In this document: in pieces, positions 49,545 through 63,592 of the stretch
Layout: each line of letters opens with the position of its first letter
Position numbering within the stretch: the first letter of the stretch is position 1
Assembly: GCA_977030845.1 (NCBI GenBank)
Contig: OZ365111.1
Location: 44,702,001 to 44,766,000, forward strand
DNA from: Fimbriosthenelais zetlandica
Lineage: Eukaryota
DNA length: 64,000 nucleotides
Direction: 5' to 3'
Program-made: the position numbers and the translations under genes
The notes under the pieces: model-generated
The model's input: the letters and a program-made list of their open reading frames with translations, nothing else
Database searches by the model: none
Told to the model about the DNA's origin: nothing

Positions 49545-50393
49545 GTAAGTTAGCTATAAATAGACCCCTCTCAACTAGAGACTTCACTAAAATCTCTTAT
49601 TCCAGATTACAGGTGGTACACAGGTACATTATCTCACGCCTTTAATTAACGGTATGACATGGACACTTGCCAACCCCAGCTGTGAAGAAATGATGTGAAA
49701 AATGACCGTCTATTGTACTATTGTAATGGACTATTGAAAATGACCGTCTATTTACAGACCTGTGGCAATAAATTGGTGCAAATTTGTTGCAGGGATATTT
49801 TATACCACAATGCAATTACCTTACAAAATGAAAACCGTGCAATGCATAGGTCTGATACTACAACGAGACCCAACCTTTTCAACAAAGCAAGTAAATGTAT
49901 TAGATTCATGGAAATTAGAAACAGAGGAAAGGTGAGAGGTTCCATTATCACATGCATCTATGTGATAATATATCCATGTACATTTACAATTGTTTGACAC
50001 ATGAGGCCTACCCCCTGCAGCTTACATATATTATAAACAACACTGGGCCATTAATGGTGGTTTAGAGAGAGCAATGAAAACAAGGCAGGAATGGGCGAGC
50101 ATGTCATTACATGTTAAACATTCAATGTTTACCCTCCTACATGCTATAGGACATTGTTAATAATAATACTATGGACACATATATAAAACTAATCTATCAA
50201 TGGGTTAAACAAATATTTTTAATTCATGAATAAATTGTACCCCTTCTATTATACCTTACTTTACCATTGAAAATAACATTAATTTATATTTAAAAAGACA
50301 GTGTGAAAATAGTGAATCACTATAGTAATGAACATATTTATTAAAAAATATATTATGTAGTCAAAGTAAAATTGTATATTTGGTGGTATTTAG

Positions 50394-50504
50394 GTATACG
50401 GATTATAGTAACTGGTGCCCAGAGCCCAGAATTGAGAATACTTGAGAAGAAGCCCCCTATACCCTTCCTTGTTAGTAAAACCACCTTATCAGCTGGAGAC
50501 ACAG
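50394..50504 (+). CDS. TOGARAM1: Possible TOGARAM1 cassette exon, phase 1-1 (alternative acceptor at 50409)
   Basis: Open frame VTGAQSPELRILEKKPPIPFLVSKTTLSAGDT ending ACA G|GTAGGC; the acceptors are weak. Confidence 0.4.
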
Positions 50505-51885
50505 GTAGGCCAGGTGTGAATCTCTTACAGCTTCCAACGAGTTCTCCCCCAATGTGATATTATAGATACACATAAGTTACTAAAAATCATATTTTCCCCC
50601 AATTGCCAATTCTATATATGTATGTGTGAATTTAAAAATATTGCGAGAACATGTCGAATTTGTCACTTGCTGATTTTATTGACTTAATATCCATTGACAT
50701 GATAATTGTTGTCTGTTTTCCAATTTGCAATTTGTGTAAAAACATACTTGTGTCATGTCAAATTTTTTTAATGAAATAGGATCTTTGATTGATTGGTAAT
50801 GAACTGTGATCAGGAACAAACATGCACTAAAGTACCCCACTCATCCATTAATTACACCTTAAAGTCTTCACGATGATTCATTTTTTGCCCTCCCCTACTG
50901 TGGAACAAAATAATCATTAATATTTAATTCATGAAAATTGGAAGAGGTTTCAATGTGGCTAGATCGCTAGCAATACAATATAAATTTTTCATTAAGCGAT
51001 TGGTATCTTTACGTAGATCCCTGCACGAGTTTGTTAATTCATAGAAACATTTTTTGTGAAATTATTTGTTGGATACAGAGCATGTTATAAACAGCTGATA
51101 TGTCTTTATGATCGAGTGATGAGCTTATTAGCTGGTCCAGCTGACTATTGTTACACACCCACACCTCAATAGTCAATGTTGATCTAATGTCTCTCATACA
51201 ATATATACACATGACTGTATAGTACATTTTCTGATTAAACATGTTCATGTTCAGAGATAAAAAGAGTAATTTATTATGTTATGAATTTAAGTAGGATGGA
51301 CAAAGAAATGAATACTTAATTTCCTAAATTAAAATGAGGCAACACTTTGAACAAAATTCTATTCAAGCGTGTCTATGCGATGAAGAGTATGAATATTTTT
51401 TAAACATTTTCCTATTCAAACAAAATTTTAATTGCCCTGTGGATATTAGTAGCAGATATAATTGGCCTGGACATTTTACCCCAGTTGCGTCTGATTCCAT
51501 TGTAAATAAGTCTCTTAACAGTTTTCAATCAATTTCTTCTAATTCCAAAACCCTTTTTTCCAAACTGAGATTTGTCTGTTTAATGAAATTTCTGTTCTAG
51601 GTTTATATATCTTTAAGTATTGTAAATATCTGAAGTAGTGCACATATTCATCTGTGAATTGATATTCCTTGCATCATACCTATATTTAGTATTCATGTGA
51701 CCCATCTTATAGGTTGATGAGAAGAATACCCTTCCTCCCACTCACATGTTAATATTTCACCAGCCTGGTTTGATTGTATTGTATATATGTATAAGGGTAT
51801 AACCGGTGGAGAGTACCTGGCCAGTGTTTAGCATTGTATCCGTTTATTGACGCCTCATGCCCCCCTCTATTATCGACCATTCCAG

Positions 51886-51981
51886 GATCCTACCGCCATA
51901 TCCACATGAACAAATACAAGCGCTCACTGGACGCCTCATCTCAACCTTTCAGTGTCCATAGCAACAGAGACTCGCCTGAAT
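51886..51981 (+). CDS. TOGARAM1: TOGARAM1 exon (linker), phase 1-1
   Basis: TTCCAG|GA TCC ... GAA T|GTGAGT; SYRHIHMNKYKRSLDASSQPFSVHSNRDSPE. Confidence 0.55.
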
Positions 51982-52751
51982 GTGAGTAGCCAGGGCCAGT
52001 TTCAGCAACAGCCGCACCACCTCCACCTCCACACCTCTCCTAATCTTCTAACCAGTATTGATATTTTGGCTGTACTAACCTTTAACCAAGCACCCTCAAC
52101 TAGTATTTTAAGAACAGCATTGAATAATGCATTATATATATTGTTGAATCCATTTATGTTAAATGCCAGTTGCCATTGGTTAAACTGGTATGGAACTTTA
52201 TTGAAATATTGTTAACAAATTTTTAAATTCAAGTGAAAATTTTGCGAAAATAATGAAAAACAAATTGCCAGATTCATACCGGTCTTATATATCTAAATAG
52301 AACTGATAACGTTAAGTCATGAAAGTTTATTGAAATGAATTTATGGTGAAACTGGGTCTGGTTTATTCTTGTCTATTGTGCCCTCACTCCTTCACTATTT
52401 ACCCTCCTTTGATCTGGTGCTTCGGTCTGCCAGGAGAAGGCATTAAGAAGTTCTCATTGAAATACTTTCTCTTTCAGCTCAATGTTATTTGGTGTTCCAG
52501 TGCATTCCACTCATTTTCATTTCGCCCTTGATGATTTTGCTTCCAGAATCAGTCTTTTTGGGTTCACCACTTGTGAAAAAATATAATACTAATACTTGAT
52601 TAGGTAGTTGATGTTGACCATTGGTGATTAGAATAATATTTTACTAACCTTCGCTTTTTCCTGGACAGAATATTTTCCTTTACTTAGAGGCTAAGGCGTG
52701 ATACTTTAAAAAGAATGAGGAAAATCAATTTTCTCAAACTTTTGTTAACAG

Positions 52752-52865
52752 CAAGTGCCCCAAACACGCCCCGTACCGATGCGTTTTCCAACTCATGGCC
52801 AGAGTCTGCCAAAATATTTGATGAGACGAGCAAATCTAACAAGAAGAAATTAGATCCCATCACAG
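52752..52865 (+). CDS. TOGARAM1: TOGARAM1 exon (linker), phase 1-1
   Basis: TTAACAG|CA ... ACA G|GTGAGC; SAPNTPRTDAFSNSWPESAKIFDETSKSNKKKLDPIT. Confidence 0.65.
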
Positions 52866-52958
52866 GTGAGCAACGATGGCCATTTTACTGGATCACGGTT
52901 TAAACGATTTAAAAATCATAAATGGATTGGTTAGGAATTTGTGTTGGAGATAGTTATA

Positions 52959-53129
52959 CAGTTAAACCTGTCTTACCGACCACCTGCCTAATATGACCAC
53001 TTTTTTAGTCTCCCTATTTTTTGCTTTATTCAAATGACCAAAACCTGGCCCTCTATAATGCGATCAGATGTGTAAACCGACCCATTTCAGTGGGTCCCGA
53101 GGGGTGGTCGCTTTCGACAGGTTTGTCTG
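52959..53129. mobile_element. Tc1/mariner (pogo/Tigger-like) MITE
   Basis: TA|CAGTTAAACCTGTCTTACCGACCACC ... GGTGGTCGCTTTCGACAGGTTTGTCTG. A decayed relative lies at ~41010-41140. Confidence 0.7.
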
Positions 53130-56100
53130 TTTCATAATGTAAAGGTCACAAATCATTATTTATTAATTATATAAAATTATTTAAATTGTCATTAGGTTAT
53201 CTTGTATATTTTTTAAGATGAGGTAATTTAAATTTTGCATGAATTTTGTCACAATTTTAAGAGGATGACAAGCGGAGTTTTTCATCAAACTGGGATTGGG
53301 CGACCAACCTTGGTCAGTAGACACAGATTTAGCGTGTGTTTACCAATGAGCTTCCCATAAAAAAAAGCAGAATTTTCTGTGTGAGAGTTCATGACTAATA
53401 TAGCAATAGAAACTTAAATATGGGAAAACCCTACCTGAGATACCTCTGTATAATAACTCCAACGTGTGCCTGGATGTATAATAAGTCATTATACTGATGT
53501 GTTGGAATTTGTAAGATTAATATTTTTCTTTGTGTTACCCTGAATTTGTACTTAGAAACCATTTCATTTCTTTTATGTACTTTTTAAATTATACAAACCA
53601 AGCAATATGTCTCAAGAAAGAAATAAGGTTTCAGGAAACGAAATATGAGGCGCATATAATTTAAATTTTAAGATAATTTTGCTGTCAGCCTTTTGTCACA
53701 ATTCCTCTGCGTTTTGACTTTGAACGGAATTAATGATATTCATGAATTAATTTTGCCATATTTTTAAGGATCCCATAATATCTAAGCATTAATTTCCCTA
53801 ACCTTAATACACATTACAGTCTCCCCATCATCCTATGGATCTGAAGGTAAAGTTATATTTTAAGAGCAGCGGTAACAGCTTGCACCTAACACATTGCCTT
53901 GGCCCTCCTTGCAGGGCTTGTTATAGAACCTAACTCGTCAAGTTGAAGATTTGAAATATATTAGTACATTGTCACTTTGTTTTTGAACCACACTTGGTTG
54001 ATGTTAATGTTTTTGATTGATATTTATGTTTTTTTGATTGATGTTGATGATGGTTATGTTTAAGATAAGATTGTTGGGATTTGTATTTTGTGGGTAATGT
54101 GTATGATGATTTCTGAGTGATGAGCATGATGTTAACTTTACAGGGTCTGACACTACCTTGCCTTCGTATGTGCCCAACTGGGCAAATGAGCATGTGGATG
54201 ATAGATCCAGTAAGTCATGCAAACAACTAATCGTACCATAGAGTATTAAACACTGTCAATTGTGAATACCAAACATGTACCATATTACTCTCCGTTAATC
54301 TGTTCTAATCTTCCAACATCTTCCCCAATCATTGATTCATTTTCCCTAACTGTGCTCATCAGATTTTTGATCATTTACTAAGACTGTCAGTTTCCTTTAA
54401 CCATGAATATACAAAGCCTTGTAGCGTTAATATTAATACCAGATTATTTCAAATTCTTTGATATAATTGGCAACATTTTACAATACATGTAGTCCTAGAA
54501 AGGGATTCTAGCATAGACCTTCTCTTAAATTAACGAAGGAAAAATGTTGCCGTCCCCCATGTTTGCCGTTCAGGTTTATTATTAGCTTTCGTTTCTCTAC
54601 GAGGGTGCTGTCAAGTGTCTCAACATAGCACAAGGATCTGATAATAAAATAATCTCAAAGTGATCGTAGATAAGAACTCTCACTTCATTAAGCGCTTCCA
54701 TTCCCCCGACCCCCACCTCCACATTGTTTAGCCCAGTTTATCTGTATCCAAGCCTCAGTCTTCCACACCTTTAGCTCACCGCCAACTTCTCAGACTACCA
54801 GGAGAGTTAAATTTAACATAAAACCTTCAATCAGTCGAGTTTTCTTTCTCAAGTCATCAGGTCTTCTTTATTTCAAGGTTTAATTATTATGGGACAAGCT
54901 TTTCACATCGATTTGTACACTGGTATGTGACTGGATTATTTCTTATTATATAATTAGGCTTCCAGTTAGACCATGGTATCAATGTTATATTCATGCTGAG
55001 AGAAATGATAGGAAAATCTGAAAAAATTGATGTTTTGTATTTAGTATGTAACCTTTCAATAATGATCTAAATGTATATGAATGATATTAATATGCACCGC
55101 ACTTATATTGGATCTCTATTATGTCAATTTGAGACAGTAGGAATATTTATGTTGTGTATTAGAACTAGGGATATGTCTTCGATGTATGAAATATCTTCAT
55201 ATATAGTTAAATATAATGGATAATGTACTGCTAGCTGATCAATGCTGGGCTCAGGTCGTTGCACCTAGACATAGAGATGATTATTTAAATACTTTCTCAA
55301 TCAAATGGCTTCAGCTTTTAGTCTATTATTGATGACAGGATGTTGAGAACAGAAGCAGTTCCAACCCACCTTGGCCGGTAAATGTAAATAACTAGTGGGA
55401 TTGGTTCGATAGAACTCCTACATACCACCCTTCATAATTAAACTGAGCATAGAAATTTAATCAAAATTAAATGGGAATTCCTGGATTGTCCCTTCATACC
55501 AATAGATTTGTGATTTTTTTTAAATTTTCGCTTTCTTTCTACAAACAGACAGATGTGTTAGAAACTATATATATATATACATGTGTAAATTTTGTGTGTC
55601 AACTGGTATTTCCACATGCTTCCACTCGTACTATCGTACAGGCTAGGTTAGTCTGTTACAATACATATATACATGTATATGCATAGGTAGGAATTTTCAG
55701 TCTGAATTTTATGTGCCCGAGCCATTTTATAAACTTCCTTATCTGAGATTTAACCCCGAGCTCAACCAATTAAATCCTGGACGACCTTTAGAGAAAGAGT
55801 CAATATACATGCTGTCTTAACCAGGTTATCAGGAGTAGATCAATGTTTCTTGTGGTAAAACTTTGCTCAGAACCAAAATCTGCTAACTTCCCGATGAAAC
55901 TTCTGTCTATTAATTAACAAGAAAAAGGGGTTATCCCTGAGTTACTGTATGCTATGTAAAACCTTGATCAATTTTCTTCTTTCAGATCCCTCTCTCCAAT
56001 CCCATTTTCATCCCTTGTTATTAACAATATAATATTCAATCCCTTTGTATATTCATTGTTTTAATGTATTGACGAAAATATATCTTATTAATGTCCTCCG

Positions 56101-56276
56101 ATGCATTTCATTTGAATATGAACTTTGATATTCTTGAAAAACTTCTGTTGACGATTTTTCTTGGCCACAACAGGTCCCGTAATTAATTAATTAACAATTC
56201 CTAGTGCTGTCTATTATAGAAATCAATAGTGCGTGCTAACTTACAAGGTTTTTTAAAATTTTCTTTTAAATTCCAG

Positions 56277-56461
56277 GTAAAGAGAAATCGCCCATTCCTA
56301 CCAAGCCCACCTTGGCGAGAGGAGCTTCGTCTAAGAGGAAGGTACCACCCATACAAACATCAGATAAAGGCAGTAACCATGGCAACAATAAAGATGAAGA
56401 CTTTCTGGACAGTGCCAGGGACTCAGGCTATGACCTGGAAGACAGCCAGAATGAGCAAGAG
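56277..56461 (+). CDS. TOGARAM1: TOGARAM1 exon (linker), phase 1-0
   Basis: TTCCAG|GT AAA ... GAG|GTGAGT; KEKSPIPTKPTLARGASSKRK...DLEDSQNEQE. Confidence 0.75.
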
Positions 56462-59400
56462 GTGAGTAATTCACATTATTCTATCTTTAATTCATGAATA
56501 AAAATATTCATATTCAGACCCTTTAATCCTATTCTTTGTGGGAATACCATTAAGATGACTCATGTCCTAGAGTTGTCGCATAGCATTGTCAACTTATTTC
56601 ATCATTTTTAAGGATATTCTGGTTGCGTTCCCAAATGGTAATTAATATACAATTTGTGGTTTTGGGGGGTTTTTCTTTGGTCAAAATGGCAAGCGTTGGC
56701 AACCATTAAAAAGTAGAGGATTGTGCCCTCGCTCACCTCTATGTGTAAGAATCCTGCCAGTCTCAGGCCAGCACAGATCAATACTGATCGAAAGAACTCT
56801 TCATGGCTTCTTTCTTATCCAAAGTTAATCTATTGAGGCATTCATCTCACAAGTACCACTAACCACTAACCACCACTACACTAAAAAAAACCTCAGACCA
56901 CCCTGGAACCTCGTGGTGCAATCGGCTAATATATTCCATGGTCCTTACCACACAGAAAAAAAATTACTTTAAGGCAATCCCCACTTCACGGATTACCCAA
57001 TATCAACTCTGTTTGTTGATGGGTTTTAAAAGACAATTTCCATGGCAACTGATTTTTTTGGGTGATAAATAGCTTGAGGATGGGTGTATAGGTATTGATG
57101 AGGGATACTGTATTGATTGGTGTGGGACAGTGATGGGATGACTCAGATATACACAGAGACAAACAGGACTGTCTGGCCTTCACATCATTACACAGGAAAA
57201 GTCCAAGATTACTGAACCTTGCAATGTGCCCACCACAACCAACAACCCCCACCCAGGCTCACCCCACCCCCGGGCAAAGGAAACCCACCAGGGAAAAGCT
57301 GCTGGCCTTCACAGTTCAATACTGTAGAATGAATGATGGAAAGATCAGGAGCCGAAGACAGGCCGAGTGGGACAATGTATTAGTAGGCTAATATGTAATA
57401 ATCGTAGAAAGAAATCCCTTACGCAATCATTCTCCAATTTGAGATGGGAAATCGAATTAATGGTTTGGACGACGTCAGAGAAATATTCTCCGTCGAGTAA
57501 TGTGCTGTTTGGCACTTTCCTAATTGTGTAAATGCCAGGTAACTTGCTTTCACCTGGGAAAGCAGACCGTTGGAAGGCGATAAAATAACGTATGCAACAA
57601 TAGAAAGCCTGCAGTATGGTACTATTTGTTTATAGGATTATTGCGCTGATACCAGAGATGCTTTCCTGCTCAAAATCCATTCTGTTCTCCCCATTTTAAA
57701 AAGAAAATAACGAAATCCTGACTTGCTGGGAAGGGAGATAACTGAGATTACTGATGCCAATGGTGTATACCTGTGAAAGATGAGTAGAGGTCTCCACTTA
57801 CTTAGCCTACACCTGTAATGGAAACGCATAGATTCCCTATACAATGTGGCCTATGTGTGGAAAAAGTCTGATGATCTGCAAGAAAATAATCATAGGAATT
57901 TATATTATTTTTGGATGTACATTTATAACCGCTGCTTGAACCATATCCGTTTCCAAGATCAAGATTATTACATAAATCAACTATTGATATCTTGTGTGCA
58001 TATGTCCAATTATTCCACTCCTGATCACTATTTTCAATGTAATCAGTATTAGTACAGTCTACCTAAACACTTGGTTAATCATGGTAATTCATTAGCGATC
58101 ATTAAAGGGGATCCACCAGGAAGTAAACTTCCAACCCAGGTACTTCTGAGGTTGATTTGGAATGATGCCATGCTATTTCCTACATGGCTGATGTTATTTT
58201 CTCCAAATCACTTAAATTCCTGAGGCCTAAAGTGAAATAATAGCGCAGTTGTATTCAAAGTACATTTGTATTCAAAATATATTCAATAATGTGGAAATTA
58301 TTTCAGGGATGCAGATAGAATATTTCATATATGGAACACTGAAATGGGAGATTTTCATTGAGTAGTTCCACACTGATTAATTCCTGGTTAAAAAGTGGCC
58401 AGGTACAATCTAATAGAATGAAATAACACCCAGTACGAATGACGCAACGAATCAACCTCGTATCAGAATGTAGAATACTTGATTATGTACACCATAGCCA
58501 GGATGCACAATGAATGCCCCCTTTTCTGGGAAATCCTGCATCAATAAACCAAAACATATCTTTGTCTGCATTGATTGGACACTGCACAGAATCTGACTCT
58601 AGAAATAAACCTCCTCTATAACAATCTATTTATCTCTGAGGTGGCAACAAAGTGCTTGCCCTACCTGGCACCACCACTCCATCTACTGGCTATTATCTAC
58701 TCCATTACCCAGCCAGGAGTCACAATATTTAGATGGAGGTGAAAAACATAAAGAGAAAAATGGTCACCACTGTTGATAAGAATGGAATGACGTCAGTGGT
58801 GGGGGAAATCAATTAGTGTTAGTCGGAGAGGAGTGGAGATGGGGCGGTGGGGTGGGTGGGGGGCTGTTCAAATTGTCTTACCTTGGCACAGGTGAATTTT
58901 TACCTTTCAAAACATTGATCAGAAAAATGTTCCTACCTAAGAATGACTTGTTTTTTTCCCTTATTTTCTCTAGCATTTCCATTACTTCTATGAGCTTCTA
59001 CCAGAGCCCTCCAAAAGAATACCCTTCAGAATTTCAATATGAAAAGCCAAAATATCCTAAATGTTTTCAGGCTTTCTAAAATTTTGAGAAATTAGTTTAG
59101 CAAAAAATAATATGGATAATTTTGATGAAGTTAGTATACATAACCCTCACCAGATATAACATGGAATTTACGTTAATGTGATGAAATGTTGCGCCTGTCC
59201 TCACCAAATGAACAATAGGTGTGAACGTTTACCCATCCTCCCGCCACTGTTGACTTATCTCTGACCATGTTTTCAAAAGTAAACCTCCAAAAACATGCGC
59301 CATGTTTACCAAGGCTGACTCTGCAGTTAGAGGGGTATTCCCCGCCCAGAGACATGCTGATTAAAGTATTATATGCCAGCAATACGATTAACTCAGGATT

Positions 59401-59657
59401 ATCCTGCCTTCTTAATCAGCGCTGATTAACAATCTACTGGGAGGCCATGAATTGAGATTGGCTAAGATAATTGGATATATTCAATTTGGGGAAAGGATGA
59501 TCTGAATTCCCACCTTCTTGGTTTTCTGTGAAATTGATGTTTTGGAAGTTTGATTTGATGGCATTTTGTCATTCATTCTTCCACTCTTGCTGTGTCTGGT
59601 TCTACCTGATAACTCGGTCGCTTATACAGGTGTGCCTATATTACCGCACCTGTAATT

Positions 59658-59719
59658 CTCCCCACTCCCCACTCCCCACTCCCCACTCCCCACTCCCCAC
59701 TCCCCACTCCCCACTCCCC
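59658..59719. repeat. (CTCCCCA)n heptamer repeat, ~8 units
   Basis: Directly visible; it explains the PTPHSPL and GEWGVGS pseudo-ORFs in the track. Confidence 0.9.
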
Positions 59720-60864
59720 CTCCTCCCCATCTCCCCCTCCTCATCCTCCTGCTTCTCCACCTCCCCACCTCCCCTAATACCTGTCGCATTGCTCCTCATA
59801 AATTCCTTCTTTTCATCATATTCTATAGCAGCTTTCGATCGATTCAAGACTTGTTTGTTGTTCTTGCCTTGGATCACATTTATTTAAAGAACAAGATGGG
59901 AAATAAGCACTGGATAGATTTAGTAGGTCTCATTAGTTTCTTTGAGGAATAAGTAAGTAATAATATTCTCATGAGCAGCTGCAAAAAGCTTCCCATCAAT
60001 AAATATTCATATATACATTTATCACAATATTAGCTGTTTTAACCTTAATTTTAGTTCTGCTGAGCTGCATTTGAGTTGGAAGTGCCAATAATATGCTTAA
60101 ATTTCTAGCATCTATGTATCAGTCAATGGGCCACTTAAAAATGTTGGTCAAAACACCCCAGAAAACCAATATCTTATTGGTGTCATATGTATGTTCCATT
60201 AATTTGGAGAAATACGGTAAGTGAGAGGAAGCCTGGGCCAAGCCATCCCATGTTATCTCCTCCCCCACTCCTGGCTTGTCCCCACAGATGGGATAGCTTG
60301 GAGGTGTGACACCTTCAATCAGACCTAAACTGCTACCTACTCTAGCCACAGTTTAACCAACCTACCTCATGTCACTGTAGTATACTGCCGGATTGCAAAG
60401 CCAAAGAAGTATACTGCCGGATGGTGAAGTAACATGCCTTTGAATATGCATTCTTATTGATGGCTGCCGCCTCCTGATGCTGAGCACGGATGGCATGGAT
60501 CTGTAACAGTAAAAAGCCAGCATGTCTCAGTGTTCGGGCAGCACTCGGTCATTTCTGGCTGAAGCATTGGGAAGTTGATCTTTTCACAGCATATTCTGGA
60601 GCTCTATTCACCAACATTTTGGAAGCTGACATATTGAGATTTATGTATTGGATATGGCCAGAAGTTGTCCATTCCTCAGGATGTGCAACTTCCATGGGGA
60701 GAAATTAATTCATATTTATTTGACAATGCAATACCCCAGGATTTAGCCAGTGGGAACAGCCCTTGGTAGAGAGAGTTGGATTCATTGTCTATCCAGGATT
60801 ATGTGAATACAATGTGTACTGAATATACAATTAACACTGGGCATTAATATGGTTTTATTTAATG

Positions 60865-60934
60865 CTATTAAATTGCTATTAGTTCTATTAAATTGCTATT
60901 AGTTCTATTAAATTGCTATTAGTTCTATTAAATT
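60865..60934. repeat. 20-bp minisatellite CTATTAAATTGCTATTAGTT, ~3.5 units
   Basis: Directly visible tandem copies. Confidence 0.9.
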
Positions 60935-60973
60935 TTATCTTTACGGTATCTCAACCAACTGCCTCTCTGAATT

Positions 60974-61030
60974 CATAAAATTTGACGCCTTGAATCCGTT
61001 CCATAAAATTTGACGCCTTGAAGCCGTTCC
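60974..61030. repeat. 28-bp tandem duplication
   Basis: CATAAAATTTGACGCCTTGAA(T/G)CCGTTC twice. Confidence 0.85.
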
Positions 61031-62952
61031 TTAGTAATACACAAAATAGGAGCATAAACTCATTGGCTTCTTCCCTGCCGGACAGGTATGCAAGAGAAGG
61101 AACAGGCAGGGAGGGCCCAGTTTGACATTTATAAGCAATGGTTTATTGACCACAGGAAGTCTAGATTGACGTACAACTACTGACATAGGTCGAGTACAAC
61201 CATTTACTGATCGATGTTTCTTTACCTGGTATTACCTGCTCCTATAAATGTCTTTGATATCTAGATTGTGATCAGGGGATATACCATATGATGTATTGAA
61301 TACGCATGGGCTTTATTCTATACGATTCTACTTGGTTCACAGGCATATACTCATGTATCTGATCATCAACTAGATCAAACAGGCTATACATGAAAAAAAG
61401 ATACCTTTCTTGGCCCTTCAAGGCTTGACTTAACAAAAGGTATTCAGGCTATTCATGGAAAAAAAACCTGCAAACGTTATCGGTCCTTCAACTAACAGAA
61501 GTAATCAAGAAGTGTTCCATGGTTCACAGTGAATGATTTCTGGTCATCATTCGGATCGAAACGGACTATGCATGAACAAAATACATGAAAAAGTGACAAT
61601 TTCATGGAGACAACTTCATGGGCCTTGAATGAAACCAAGAAATTTGTCTTAATGTGTACAATAGAATTTTTATTGAAATACTGATAAATTGTACATAATT
61701 AACTGTCTGTGTGATATGGAAACGGACATAATGGCCGCCTGAAAATACATTGTATAAATGGTATCGGTGAAAATAAAAGGCTTATTAAACTCCATATACA
61801 TGATAAGCATAGAAATATTTCTATGTGGCCATCCTTGGAGTAATGAAGCGATCAATGTCCCATGGTCCTGGCCTGTACCCTAATCATGCCTCTCTCAGCA
61901 TGCTATACTTGTAAATACTAAACAATTCATACTTCACCCATCCCAGGCTGGGCAATATTGATGAAGTGCAAACCCAAGGTGATTATTTCATGTGTACAGG
62001 TGCCATCTTAACCCGAGATAATGACGTGGTCCTCGACACGACAGTTTATGTGTCAGTTTAAGGGAAGGATTCGCGGGTCATAACCGACACTCATGGGAGC
62101 AATACAACAGCAAGGAAATAATATGTAACTGATTCTTGGATATTGAACCAACACCATTCATAGACCTTCAGTGCCATGTTTATTTTTACAATTTATTTTA
62201 CCAATTACATACATGCATATTATAAGAACTAATTCCACTAATTATAACTTCACTTAAATAACCATTAATATTTCCGGAAGCTTAGTATCAGATTCTTGGA
62301 TATTTTACCTAACACATTTAGGATCTTGTACCTTTACTCGACCTATGGAATAATTTGTTCACCAGTTGTGAAAATTATAAACCCTTTGAGATTTCTGGAA
62401 GCATAACAGGTTCTTGGATATTCAGGAAGCACCATTTGCAGTCACACACCTGTGAGACATTCATGTCGTTCATAAGCTCTTATTCAAAGATTTATGGAAC
62501 CATATTTCAACCCATTGATATGGAAAGTGACTTGTCCCAGTTATCAGCATGGACTGGTAATAATGTGTATAAGGCGCTGTAATCAGTGTCAATAGGCCAG
62601 CAGTACTCTGGGTTATGGTGATAAGCATGTGTGGGTGTCGACCAGCTAAAGGAGCGCCTCCACATGTCTATAACATGGGGCACGGGAGCTCTGGACCAAC
62701 TCAGACCATCATGTACCCCTCATCTGCGGGGACGGGCACTTCACCCACTCCAGTGGTACTGGCTTTCCCTTTCAACATTTTGTGAAAATTATTTTACCCC
62801 CCATTGTTACTTCCATATAAACTTCATTCTTTTTTGCTCTATTATTAGCAATGCTCTGTTTGGATACATTTCTTGTTACTACATATAATTATGTGAAATA
62901 GAATATTGCATTGAATTCGCCAAAGACGGGGAATTCATCCGAAAAAAGAGCC

Positions 62953-62981
62953 GTGCCACCCGCAATGTGAGGTGGCACGCC
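62953..62981 (+). mobile_element. Second copy of the GC-rich terminal hairpin seen at 18448-18476
   Basis: AAAAGAGCC-GTGCCACC-CGCAATGTGA-GGTGGCAC-GCC. Confidence 0.45.
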
Positions 62982-63118
62982 AGTATATATAATATCTTGT
63001 ACTAGAAGTAATAATATATCAACTCACTTGTTTCAGTCAGTCATATTTATTTGCTTGTGAAGGCATTGTATGTGAAGGCATTTCAAACAAAATGTTAACT
63101 TTGGCGTTATTTTTGTAG

Positions 63119-63291
63119 ATGATGTCCTCTCTGAAGCAGATCAGGAACAGTGCCACGAAGAAAAAGGCTGAGAGGTTGTTTGAACGGCTGGAGAGTCAGG
63201 AGAAGAGTCCCAGTCCACCCGTGTCTGCCTCAGACACCAGTGAGAGTGGAATATTTAGTAATGTTTCAGAGGAGTCCAGATCAAGGAAAGG
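63119..63291 (+). CDS. TOGARAM1: TOGARAM1 exon, phase 0-2
   Basis: TTTTGTAG|ATG ... AAA GG|GTAAGT; MMSSLKQIRNSATKKKAE resembles the remembered TOGARAM1 linker motif SSLRSLRNSAAKKRA. Confidence 0.8.
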
Positions 63292-63592
63292 GTAAGTCAT
63301 TGTTCTTAATCGGGAAGACGCAATCTATAATTACTAGGGAAGTCACAATCTACAATTTTTAGGGAACACACAATCTACAATTATTAGGGTAGTCTTGCAT
63401 TTGGAATTGGGTACAAAATATTTGAAAAAATGTCATCTTCAAATACCATTAAGCATCCATTCCCCCTACCATGATAGAAAATGAATTCCCGTTCTCCATG
63501 GTAGAAAATCGTGTATAAAAAAATAGTTTTTAACATGTACATGTATGTGATTTTTCCCTGGAATTTGACTAAATTTCTCCATTAATTTTCAG

